This document shows positions 1-11,673 of a stretch of DNA of 27,314 nucleotides, in pieces. A program made the translations under genes and the position numbers. The stretch's first letter is position 1; the number at the start of each line of letters is the position of its first letter. Origin of the DNA: Neoechinorhynchus agilis (Eukaryota; Animalia; Acanthocephala); assembly GCA_051530055.1 (NCBI GenBank), contig JBMGUZ010000036.1:1-27314 (forward strand), written 5' to 3'. The notes beneath the pieces are model-generated. The model was not told the origin of the DNA and made no database searches. It saw only the letters and a program-made list of their open reading frames with translations.

Positions 1-3000
1 TCAAATTGAAATTTCGGTGATTTAGGGAGTTAAAAAGTTCGTGGGAAATTCGATGTTGTGGATTGCTGCCTGTGAAGGAGATGAACAATTACAACCGAAA
101 ATTTTGTGCAAGAGAAAGGGAGCTTTTACCGTTTTAAGAAAAAAAAACCAACAAAAAATTTAAACATTCAAGCCGATTGATACCCAGTATAAACCTCAGA
201 ATGTTTTGAAGAGTTTCAAATTGAAATTTCGGTGATTTAGGGAGTTAAAAAGTTCGTGGGAAATTCGATGTTGTGGATTGCTGCCTGTGAAGGAGATGAA
301 CAATTACTACCGAAAATTTTGTGCAAGAGAAAGGGAACTTTTACCGTTTTAAGAAAAACAAACCAACAAAAAATTTAAACATTCAAGCCGATTGATACCG
401 AGTATAAACCTCAGAATGTTTTGAAGAGTTTCAAATTGAAATTTCGGTGATTTAAGGAGTTAAAAAGTTGGTGGGAAATTCGATGTTGTGGAATGCTGCC
501 TGTGAAGGAGATGAACAATTACTACCGAAAATTTTGTGCAAGAGAAAGGGAACTTTTACCGTTTTAAGAAAAACAAACCAACAAAAAATTTAAACATTCA
601 AGCAAATTAATACCGAGCATAGACTTCAGAATGTTTTGAAGAGTTTAAAATTGAAATTTCGGTGATTTAGGGAGTTAAAAAGTTCGTGGGAAATTCGATG
701 TTGTGGATTGCTGCCTGTGAAGGAGATGAACAATTACTACCGAAAATTTTGTGCAAGAGAAAGGGAACTTTTTCCGTTTTAAGAAAAACAAACCAACAAA
801 AAATTTAAACATTCAAGCTGATTGATACCGAGCATAAACCTCAGAATGTTTTGAAGAGTTTCAAATTGAAATTTCGGTGATTTATGGAGTTAAAAAAGTT
901 CGTGGGAAATTCGATGTTGTGGATTGCTGCCTGTGAAGGAGATGAACAGTTACTACCGAAAATTTTGTGCAAGAGAAAGGGAACTTTTACCGTTTTAAGA
1001 AAAACAAACCAACAAAAAATTTAAACATTCAAGCAAATTGATACCGAGCATAAACCTCAGAATGGTTTGAAGAGTTTCAAATTGAAATTTCGGTCATTTA
1101 GAGAGTTAAAAATTTCGCGGGAAATTCGATGTGGTGGATTGCTGCCTGTGAGGGAGATGAACAATTACTACCGAAAATTTTGTGCAAGAGAAAGGGAACT
1201 TTTACCGTTTTAAGAAAAACAAACCAACAAAAAATTTAAACATTCAAGCAAATTGATACCGAGCATCAACTTCAGAATGTTTTGAAAAGTTTCAAATTGA
1301 AATTTCGGTGATTTATGGAGTTAAAAAGTTGGTGGGAAATTCGATGTTGTGGATTGCGGCCTGTGAAGGAGATGAACAATTACTACCGAAAATTTTGTGC
1401 AAGAGAAAGGGAACTTTTACCGTTTTAAAAAAAACAAACCAACAAAAAATTTAAACATTCAAGAAAATTGATACCGAGCATAAACCTCAGAATGTTTTGA
1501 AGAGTTTCAAATTGAAATTTCGGTGATTTAGGGAGTTAAAAAGTTCGTGGGAAATTCGATGTTGTGGATTGCTGCCTGTGAAGGTGATGAACAATTAATA
1601 CCGAAAATTTTGTGCAAGAGAAAGGGAACTTTTACCGTTTTAAGAAAAACAAACAAACAAAAAATTGAAACATTCAAGCAAATTGATACTGAGCATAAAC
1701 CTCAGAATGTTTTGAAGAGTTTCAAATTGAAATTTCGGTGATTTAGGGAGTTAAAAAGTTCGTGGGAAATTCGATGTTGTGGATTGCTGCCTGTGAAGGA
1801 GATGAACAATTACTACCGAAAATTTTGTGCAAGAGAAAGGGAACTTTTACCGTTTTAAGAAAAACAAACCAACAAAAGATTTAAACATTCAAGCCGATTG
1901 ATACCGAGCACAAACCTCAAAATGTTTTGAAGAGTTTCAAATTGAAATTTCGGTGATTTATGGAGTTAAAAAGTTCGTGGGAAATTCGATGTTGTGGATT
2001 GCGGCCTGTGAAGGAGATGAACAATTACTACCGAAAATTTTGTGCAAGAGAAAGGGAACTTTTACCGTTTTAAGAAAAACAAACCAACAAAAGATTTAAA
2101 CATTCAAGCCGATTGATACCGAGCATAAACCTAAGAATGTTTTGAAGAGTTTCAAATTGAAATTTCGGTGATTTAGGGAGTTAAAAAGTTGGTAGGAAAC
2201 TCGATGTTGTGGATTTCTGCCTGTGAAGGAGATGAACAATTACTACCGAAAATTTTGTGCAAGAGAAAGGGAACTTTTACCGTTTTAAGAAAAAAAAACC
2301 AACAAAAAATTTAAACATTCAAGCCGATTGATACCCAGTATAAACCTCAGAATGTTTTGAAGAGTTTCAAATTGAAATTTCGGTGATTTAGGGAGTTAAA
2401 AAGTTCGAGGGAAATTCGATGTTGTGGATTGCTGCCTGTGAAGGAGATGAACAATTACTACCGAAAATTTTGTGCAAGAGAAAGGGAACTTTTACCGTTT
2501 TAAGAAAAAAAAACCAACAAAAAATTTAAACATTCAAGCCGATTGATACCGAGTATAAACCTCAGAATGTTTTGAAGAGTTCCAAATTGAAATTTCGGTG
2601 ATTTAGGAAGGTAAAAATTTCGTGGGAAATTCGATGTTGTGGATTGCGGCCTGTGAAGGAGATGAACAATTACTACCGAAAATTTTATGCAAGAGAAAGG
2701 GAGCTTTTACCGTTTTAAGAAAAACAAACAAACAAAAAATCTAAACATTCAAGCGAATTGATACCGAGCATAAGCCGAGTCATTTGAAGGTTCCAAATTG
2801 AAATTTCGGTGATTTATGGAGTTAAAAAGTTCGTGGGAAATTCGATGTTGTGGATTGCTGCCTGTGAATGAGATGAACAATTACTACCGAAAATTTTGTG
2901 CAAGAGAAAGGGAACTTTTACCGTTTTAAGAAAAACAAACCAACAAAAGATTTAAACATTCAAGCCGATTGATACCGAGCATAAACCTCAGAATGTTTTG

Positions 3001-6000
3001 AAGACTTTCAAATTGAAATTTCGATGATTTATTTAGTTAAAAAGTTGGTGGGAAATTCGATGTTGTGGATTTCTGCCTGTGAAGGAGATGAACAATTACT
3101 ACCGAAAATTTTGTGCAAGAGAAAGGGAACTTTTACCGTTTTAAGAAAACAAACCAACAAAAGATTTAAACATTCAAGCAAATTGATACCGAGCATAAAC
3201 CTCAGAATGTTTTGAAGAGTTTCAAATTGAAATTTCGGTGATTTATGGAGTTAAAAATTTCGTGGGAAATTCGATGTTGTGGATTGCGGCCTGTGAAGGA
3301 GATGAACAATTACTACCGAAAATTTTGTGCAAAGAGAAAGAGAACTTTTTAGTTTTAAGAAAAACAAACCAACAAAAGATTTAAACATTCAACAAATTGA
3401 TACCGAGCATAAACTTCAGAATGTTTTGAAGAGTTTCAAATTGAAATTTCGGTGATTTATGGAGTTAAAAAGTTCGTGGGAAATTCGATGTTGTGGATTG
3501 CTGCCTGTGAAGGAGATGAACAATTACTACCGAAAATTTTGTGCAAGAGAAAGGGAACTTTTACCGTTTTAAGAAAAACAAACCAACAAAAGATTTAAAC
3601 ATTCAAGCCGATTGATACCGAGCATAAACTTCAGAATGTTTTGAAGAGTTTCAAATTGAAATTTCGGTGATTTAGGGAGTTAAAAAGTTGTTGGGAAATT
3701 CGATGTTGTGGATTGCGGCCTGTGAAGGAGATGAACAATTACTACCGAAAATTTTGTGCAAGAGAAAGGGAACTTTTACCGTTTTAAGAAAAACAAACCA
3801 ACAAAAGATTTAAACATTCAAGCTGATTGATACCGAGCATAAACCTCAGAATGTTTTGAAGAGTTTCAAATTGAAATTTCGGTGATTTAGGGAGTTAAAA
3901 AGTTCGTGGGAAATTCGATGTTGTGAATTGCGGCCTGTGAAGGAGATGAACAATTACTACCGAAAATTTTGTGCAAGAGAAAGGGAACTTTTACCGTTTT
4001 AAGAAAAACAAACCAACAAAAGATTTAAACATTCAAGCAAATTGATACCGAGCATAAACTTCAGAATGTTTTGAAGAGTTTCAAATTGAAATTTCGGTGA
4101 TTTATGGAGTTAAAAAGTTCGTGGGAAATTCGATGTTGTGGATTGCTGCCTCTGAAGGAGATGAACAATTACTACCGAAAATTTTGTGCAAGAGAAAGGG
4201 AACTTTTACCGTTTTAAGAAAAACAAACCAACAAAAGATTTAAACATTCAAGCAAATTGATACCGAGCATAAACTTCAGAATGTTTTGAAGAGTTTCAAA
4301 TTGAAATTTCGGTGATTTATGGAGTTAAAAGTTCGTGGGAAATTCGATGTGGTGGATTGCGGCCTGTGAAGGAGATGAACAATTACTACCGAAAATTTTG
4401 TGCAAGAGAAAGGGAACTTTTACCGTTTTAAGAAAAACAAACCAACAAAAGATTTAAACATTCAAGCTGATTGATACCGAGCATAATCCTCAGAATGTTT
4501 TGAAGAGTTTCAAATTGAAATTTCGGTCATTTAGAGAGTTAAAAATTTCGCGGGAAATTCGATGTGGTGGATTGCTGCCTGTGAAGGAGATGAACAATTA
4601 CTACCGAAAATTTTGTGAAAAAGAAAGGGAACTTTTACCGTTTTAAGAAAAACAAACCAACAAAAAATTTAAACATTCAAGCAAATTAATACCGAGCATA
4701 AACTTCAGAATGTTTTGAAGAGTTTCAAATTGAAATTTCGGTGATTTAGGGAGTTAAAAATTTCGTGGGAAATTCGATGTTGTGGATTGCGGACTGTGAA
4801 GGAGATGAACAATTACTACCGAAAATTTTGTGCAAGAGAAAGGAAACTTTTACCGTTTTAAGAAAAACAAACCAACAAAAGATTTAAACATTCAAGCTGA
4901 TTGATACCGAGCATAAACCTCAGAATGTTTTGAAGAGTTTCAAATTGAAATTTCGGTGATTTATGGAGTTAAAAAAGTTCGTGGGAAATTCGATGTTGTG
5001 GATTGCTGCCTGTGAAGGAGATGAACAATTACTACCGAAAATTTTGTGCAAGAGAAAGGGAACTTTTACCGTTTTAAGAAAAACAAACCAACAAAAGATT
5101 TAAACATTCTAGCCGATTGATACCGGGCGCAAACCTCAGAATGTTTTGAAGAGTTTCAAATTGAAATTTCGGTGATTTATGGAGTTAAAAAGTTCGTGGG
5201 AAATTCGATGTTGTGGATTGCTGCCTGTGAAGGAGATGAACAATTACTACCGAAAATTTTGTGCAAGAGAAAGGGAACTTTTACCGTTTTAAGAAAAACA
5301 AACCAACAAAAAATTTAAACATTCAAGCAAATTGATACCGAGCATCAACTTCTGAATGTTTTGAAGAGTTTCAAATTGAAATTTCGGTGATTTAGGGAGT
5401 TAAAAAGTTCGTGGGAAATTCGATGTTGTGGATTGCGGCCTGTGAAGGAGATGAACAATTACTGCCGAAAATTTTGTGCAAGAGAAAGGGAACTTTTACC
5501 GTTTTAAGAAAAACAAACCAACAAAAAATTTAAACATTCAAGAAAATTGATACCGAGCATAAACCTCAGACTGTTTTGAAAGGGGTTTCAAAAGTTGAAA
5601 TTTCGGTGATTTATGGAGTTAAAGAAGTTCGTGGGAAATTCGATGTTGTGAGATTGCTGCCTGTGAAGGAGATGAACAATTACTACCGAAAATTTTTATT
5701 GCAAGAGAAGAGTTACCATTTTAAGAAAAACAAACCACAAAAAATTTAGACATTCAAGCCGATTGATACCGAGCATAAACCTCAGAATGTTTTGAAGAGT
5801 TTCAAATTGAAATTTCGGTGATTTATGGAGTTAAAAAAGTTCGTGGGAAATTCGATCTGTTGTGGATTGCTGCCTGTAGAGGAGATGAACAATTACTACC
5901 GAAAATTTTGTGCAAGAGAAAGGGAAGTTTTACCGTTTTAAGAAAAACAAACCATCAAAAAATTTAGACATTCAAGCCGATTGATACCGAGCATAAACCT

Positions 6001-7130
6001 CAGAATGTTTTGAAGAGTTTCAAATTGAAATTTCGGTGATTTATGGAGTTAAAAAGTTCGTGGGAAATTCGATGTTGTGGATTGCTACCTGTGAAGGAGA
6101 TGAACAATTACTACCGAAAATTTTGTGCAGAGAAAGGGAACTTTACGTTTAAGAAAAACAAACCAACAAAAAAAATTTTAAACATTAAAACAAATTGATA
6201 CCGAGCATAAACCTCAGAATGTTTTGAAGAGTTTCAAATTGAAATTTCGGTGATTTAGGGAGTTAAAAAGTTGGTGGGAAATTCGATGTTGTGGATTGCT
6301 GCCTGTGAAGGAGATGAACAATTATTACCAAAAATTTTGTGCAAGAGAAAGGGAACTTTTACCGTTTTAAGAAAAACAAACCAACAAAAAATTTAGACAT
6401 TGAAGCAAATTAATACCGAGCATAAACTTCAGAATGTTTTGAAGAGTTTCAAATTGAAATTTCGGTGATTTAGGGAGTTAAAAAGTTTGTGGGAAATTCG
6501 ATGTTGTGGATTGCTGCCTGCGAAGGAGATGAACAATTACTACCGAAAATTTTGTGCAAGAGAAAGGGAAGTTTTACCGTTTTAAGAAAAACAAACCATC
6601 AAAAAATTTAGACATTCAAGCAAATTAATACCGAGCATAAAACTTCAAGAAATGTTTTGAAGAGTTTAAAATTGAAATTTCGGTGATTTGGGAGTTAAAA
6701 AAGTTTACGAATGGGAAATTCGATATTTGTGTGTTGCTGCCTGCAGAAGAGTGAACAAATTGCGAAAATTTTGTGCAAGAGAAAGGGAAGTTTTACCGTT
6801 TTAAGAAAAACAAACCATCAAAAAATTTAGACATTCAAGCAAATTAATACCGAGCATAAACTTCAGAATGTTTTGAAGAGTTTCAAATTGAAATTTCGGT
6901 GATTTAGGGAGTTAAAAAGTTTGTGGGAAATTCGATGTTGTGGATTGCTGCCTGTGAAGGAGATGAACAATTACTACCGAAAATTTTGTGTAAGAGAAAG
7001 GGAACTTTTACCGTTTTAAGAAAAACAAACCAACAAAAGATTTAAACATTGAAGCAAATTGATACCGAGCATAAACCTCAGAATGTTTTGAAGAGTTTCA
7101 AATTGAAATTTCGGTGATTTAGGGAGTTAA
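1..7130 (+). repeat. Tandem satellite array, 215-bp monomer, about 33 copies (runs off the window start)
   Basis: TCAAATTGAAATTTCGG recurs at 1, 216 and 431 (single-base variant at 646), and so on to about 7100. Monomers are highly similar, A-tract rich, and contain the dyad TTTCAA-A-TTGAAA. Indel noise rises at about 5560-6800. Confidence 0.98.
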
Positions 7131-8888
7131 GTTGTACGGTAGGTCGCCTAGGACGGAGTGCACTGGAAGGTCAGGTGATGATCGCCCTCTTTGGGATTTC
7201 CTCTTGGGCGACTGGGATCTGGTGGTAGCCCTTGACCAGGTCGATCTTTGAAAACACCGGGCATCCGTGCAGGTTGGCGACAAAATCGTGGATGTGCGGC
7301 AGGGGGTACCTGTCTGGCTTCTTCGGCCTTGTCGACTTTGTGGAGAGGGCTCGATAACGGACTGCTCGACTTGCCGATGATCTCCATCTGTTCGAGTTTC
7401 CTGAACTCTTCTTTGACCATGTGGAGAATGGCTGGAGCAAGGTGCCTTGCGTGTCGAGGTGGGCTGCGTGTGACGATATGGAGCTGGACCTGATATCGAG
7501 CAGCCGAGTCGAACCTTGGTGTGAGGATGGCCGGGTACTTGGAGAGCAGGGTCTCGAAGTGTTTGCCGGACCTGGTCACGACGCTGTCAAGATTCGTTGA
7601 CCTCGGCGCCTCCAAGGAAATAAAGGTGGTTGGTGAAATGGCGACGAGTCTCTTGGACTGGAGGTCGAACATCAGCCCGACGTTTCGGAGGAACTCGGAA
7701 CTAAGGCTGGCGTGTCTGACGTTGGCAATTATGAAGTTCTACGGGTATCGAGCCCGGCCTGCGAGGTTAAGCGATAGTCTTTTGGTGCCGTAGGTCTGGA
7801 TGGTGCTGTGGTTGGCGGCGATAAGCCGCTTTTTGCTAAGATGGGCTCGATCGTCCCCTGACGGTGGGACGATGCTGATTTGCGCCCCTGTGTCGACGAG
7901 GAAACTTTGACGGGAATTCGCGTCGAAAACAAAAAAGAGGTGACAGCCGGCGAAGGTGTTTCCCGGCCCCATTGGGACCACATTGCTGTTGAAGACGCAG
8001 GGCAGGACGCAGTTCCTACCACGGTCGTTCCACTTGGCATGGAACCAATAGATGCCCGGTACTGTCCTCAGAGTTGGTTTGCCTTTGTGATGTTGTCGTT
8101 CCACGTCTACTTTCGGGCTTGCTTGATCGATCGCGCAGACGGTGGTCTCCGGTTATTGGAAAAAAGAATTTGTCTGCGATTTCGGCCAGGGCGATCAGAT
8201 CGAGAGTATCCAGAGTGGCGACCAGTTAACGGACCTTCATCGACAGCTGGTTGATGAAGTGGTATCGAAACAGGGGATCAGCGGCCGGGTACGAGTTCGA
8301 AGCGTACAGCGCCAGCATGCGCTCCAGGAGGCGCGAGGGGGTGTCGTCATTGATTGCCAGCTTTACGATCATCTGCATCCATTGGAATTCGGGATAACTG
8401 ACGATCTGTATTAGGCGATCTTCAGTGCGTTTTACCAATCGCCGTGCGGTGGTAGGTTTGCAACGAAACTTCATGGTCGACCCAGGATATCGGCGTTCAG
8501 AATTGTGTATGAATAGTCATATTTGTTTTGGTCCTGGGTGATCTCCCGGACCTATGAGAACCACATCGCGGCGTCCTTCGGTTTGAAAGCTGCTAGTTTC
8601 ACCGTAACAGTGCTGATCTGGGCAAGATTGGCCACCGCCTGGTTCATGGATGAAACCGAGGGTGTCGCTCCCGGGTTAGTTCGGGTCTGCCCTGATGTTG
8701 CCTTCGTTTGATGGTTGTTTGTCTTGCGATTTCATCTTTCATCTGAATCACCAATTTCGCGGCGACACGTAATCAAGACGAAGAATTTTATTATTGTCTC
8801 TACGATGGTCAAATATGTGTTGTTCTTCTGTTCGCCGACACAAACTTCCTACGGTTGCACATCGGACATCCGAAAGGAGTCTGCCACA
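7131..8888 (-). mobile_element. Degenerate, 3'-truncated Ty3/Gypsy LTR retrotransposon (gag-protease-partial RT)
   Basis: Gag: VKLAAFKPKDAAMWFS, DDTPSRLLERM...FRYHFINQLSMKVR, WFHAKW...NCVLPC. Protease: FLVDTGAQISIVPP, LIAANHSTIQTYG. RT: EEFRKLEQMEIIGKSSSPLSSPLHKV, DRYPLPHIHDF, VFSKIDLVKGYHQIPV. It has stops, frameshifts and deletions, and ends at the satellite before YxDD. No RNase H, integrase or second LTR. Confidence 0.93.
8743..8888 (-). repeat. Putative short 5' LTR (about 135 bp) with adjacent PBS-like motif
   Basis: The minus strand starts TGTGGCAG at 8888, contains AATAAA (8792-8787), and is followed by TGGTGATTCAG (8753-8743) upstream of gag. The canonical CA end is absent and there is no second LTR to confirm it. 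Confidence 0.45.
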
Positions 8889-9178
8889 AGTTTATTTAAA
8901 ACCCCCCATTAAACACACCTCCCGTCTCATCGTTGCAAATTAATCAATAAACAAAAAACGACAAAAATTCGATACTTTATGGTGTTCTTTCGTATCACGC
9001 GCGCATGATGACGTAATCAAATCCCATCTCTAGTTCAAAAGAACATTATTTTCCGGTAGAACGAGACAATCTGAGTGTGTGCCTTTGAAGATGGCACTTG
9101 AACAAAATCAGAGAATTAATATCATTTTCGTCTAATATCATGACTGCGCTCTCTCGCTTATTTTGAGTTGGAAAACAC

Positions 9179-9910
9179 TTAGTAAGGTAATTCGCGGTCA
9201 TCTTGACGCCGTCTATCATCAAACCGCTTGTTGTTTTGCCCACTTGATCGTCCATCATATCGATTACTATAGAACCGCCGCTGACCTCTTGATCCACGAG
9301 AAGTCCTTCCGTAACCACGACCACTGTTATCATCGTCGTCGTTTTCTTGATAAGCGGCATCTTCATAGCGCATGCCGCGACGATTCCCACCACCACCACT
9401 CTGACGAAATCTCTGTTGAGTGTCGTCATCGTACCGTCGATCCCCACGAGTTTCGTAGCTTCTTCTACTAAATCCACCACCACCACCGCCACCACCGCCG
9501 TAGTTCATATTCCGACGTCGAGTAGCTAATTGAACGCTAACGACTTGACCCATCACCTCTTTACCGTTGAACCATTTAATGGCAGCATCCGCGGAATTTG
9601 GATCTTCATACGTTACAGTAGCCTCTCCTTTCCCTCGACCCGTAACTTTATCCTTATAAATCCAAATCTTTGGTTGACCAGTTCGACGATCCATCTTCAC
9701 CACACCAATGGCACCGAACGCCTGTGCCAAATCCTGTCGTGTGCAATTCTCAGGCAACCGCTGGACGAACACCGTGTCCAATTGGGTCTCCATCTCACCT
9801 TCTCCTGATCTATCGTAATGAGAAACGTTAGCAGACCTGTCGTTAAATGATGACCGGTGTGATGGGTATTCAACGTCATCCCCGCAATATTGCCGCTGAC
9901 GGTCCGACAT
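9179..9910 (-). CDS. FET-family (FUS/EWSR1/TAF15/cabeza-like) RNA-binding protein, 243 aa
   Basis: FET-type RRM (DTVFVQRLP...KMDRRTGQPKIWIYKDKVTGRGKGEATVTYEDPNSADAAIKWFNGK), Gly/Arg-rich tail, and C-terminal PY-NLS (RRQDDRELPY, compare FUS RQDRRERPY). The exact start is uncertain because of an upstream ATG at 9969. Confidence 0.92.
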   Translation of the reverse strand: MSDRQRQYCGDDVEYPSHRSSFNDRSANVSHYDRSGEGEMETQLDTVFVQRLPENCTRQDLAQAFGAIGVVKMDRRTGQPKIWIYKDKVTGRGKGEATVTYEDPNSADAAIKWFNGKEVMGQVVSVQLATRRRNMNYGGGGGGGGGFSRRSYETRGDRRYDDDTQQRFRQSGGGGNRRGMRYEDAAYQENDDDDNSGRGYGRTSRGSRGQRRFYSNRYDGRSSGQNNKRFDDRRRQDDRELPY

Positions 9911-10130
9911 TTAATTGTTATACCAATGTGCCGCCACGCAACCTCGACTCGTTGTGCCTCTTTGCCCATTTAATTTCTTCCGGTGATTTGGCGCTTAAAC
10001 AATCTCTTTAAGGACGTCACTTTTCTTTAACATAGAACACATTTTATGGATTTCTTGGATTGTATTCGAGGGAATCAAAGTATTAATTGTTGTGACTGCA
10101 TGGGATGGAAAATTTTGCGATATTCCCTAG

Positions 10131-10475
10131 ACCTCGCACCTCCCTGTACCTACGCTCCTTTTTCCATGCTACCCAATCTTCTCGGATATCAGAACTTGAA
10201 ATGAAGCCGAGGAAAGACCAACCTTACAAGTGCTCCTGCAAACAATAAACACCAATTCCCACCACAACGGGGACCTTCCAACCCGACAGGATATTCTCAA
10301 ACGAACGGACACATTCTCACCCGAACGAACCTCCCCACGACTGGATAGTTCCCATCCGAATAGGAATCCCTCTGACCAGATATTACCTCCAGAACGGGCA
10401 TCCCTCGATTGGATATTCCCATCCTAACGGATAAGGACCCAAAGGTTCATGGGTCCTCCTAAACCTTAAATCCAT
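10131..10475 (+). mobile_element. Probable solo 3' end of a non-LTR element (or SINE-like tail)
   Basis: 10131-10160 and 10347-10425 match 15824-15930 at the end of the LINE remnant. It contains degenerate GGATATT..C..GAACGG subrepeats and ends in a GGACCCA...TGGGTCC hairpin followed by TAAACCTTAAATCC. Confidence 0.5.
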
Positions 10476-10939
10476 TTATACGAGGGAACGTTCAACTGAA
10501 TCCATTTCGAAATTTTTTTATCCGAGATAATTATCAGTGTTCATTGCCGACGAATTCTGGAAGACACAAAATTCGTTGGGGAAACTTAAAATTTTAAGTG
10601 AAAAAGTATTCATGACTTACTTAATTTTTCAATTAATTTTTGAGTAGCAATGGTGCTCCAAAAATACTCGTTTAAGAATTGACTTGGAGACCAAATTCTC
10701 AAGAAATCATCGTTAAAGTTTTAGGGCCGTTTTACATTTTCAATTTTTTTGATTCGCTTCATGGAGTCATGAGATAGCGAAGTTGAAAAAATCGTTCAAC
10801 CTTTCAGGGTGCAAGGAAGTGAATGTGTTTCATCGTCGTTCTCCTTCCTTGACAAATTCGACGAGCTTCGAAGCACTTTTAAGCGAAAAAATTATTTACC
10901 GGATGTAGACCTTTCAAAAACATTTCCAATCACATATCC

Positions 10940-11069
10940 CCGGTACCTCCTCACATATCGACCTTGCTTAACATGCAAATAATCATTACATTTGCTTTTC
11001 GTTCACAAATTCCTCTTTTTCGTCCAATTCTGCAACTGTCGTCATGATTGTCGATATGTGAGGTACCGG
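10940..11069. repeat. Short inverted repeat (about 20-bp arms, 87-nt spacer)
   Basis: CCGGTACCTC(CTC)ACATATCGAC at 10940-10962 versus GTCGATATGTGAGGTACCGG at 11050-11069. Confidence 0.7.
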
Positions 11070-11618
11070 AGATCCAGGAAGCAGACGGATCGAAATGAGC
11101 TCTACTCTGGATACAACGGTTCATAAAGTGAATGATGCTTTTAGGCTAACCGCGATACCAAGTGACTGCCACTCAGCCAAAATCTTAACATTCGAAAATT
11201 ACATACAGGGAGCATAAAACGAGAATCGATTCCTTTTTCGCCCAAATCACAGTACCGTCTAATATTTTAGAGACAGAATGCATTCGTCGCCCACGCCGGT
11301 TGAAAACATATTCGCAGGCGTTCACTTCAAACTATGGGAAATATGACGAAATCAGCGACGATTCTTCCAGATTCGCGTAATATTTCGTGATTTGTACGTG
11401 GTGCCGCCTCGTGTAAATTAATTGTCAGTCAAGCTAAGAAAAATTCGTTCAAAGATGAGAGCAAATGCCAGGAACCGTTTATATTCTGATCAAATTTTAA
11501 AGAATCGGGACCTAATCTTAAGATTTCGTTGTGTTTAAAACGATCGTTTCAAAGTTAAATTTTAGAACACAAAATACCCGTTCCAAAATTTTTTTTACAA
11601 ATGAATGCCAAAAAACTA

Positions 11619-11624
11619 TTTATT
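11619..11624 (-). terminator. Polyadenylation signal of the secreted-protein gene
   Basis: AATAAA on the minus strand, about 50 nt after the stop codon. Confidence 0.55.
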
Positions 11625-11673
11625 GAAACTATCGACGGATACAGCCATCGAAACTAACTGAGATCTGCCGTTC

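Noticed and set aside
1547-3215. 63-64 aa ORFs inside the satellite
   Set aside because: These are chance open frames with GTG or variant starts. The 215-nt unit is not a multiple of 3 and most copies are interrupted.
1-7130. CRISPR array, or tandem SL/5S/snRNA gene array
   Set aside because: There are no unique spacers and the context is eukaryotic. An Sm-like AATTTTG occurs, but I could not recognise a leader exon plus donor, Pol III boxes or a known RNA. An Rfam search would be decisive.
9896-9969. Alternative FET start at ATG 9969 with a 47-nt GT-AG intron (9942-9896) that restores frame
   Set aside because: It is formally possible, but the donor (GAG|GTTGCG) is weak and it adds no recognisable domain. 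It needs transcript data.
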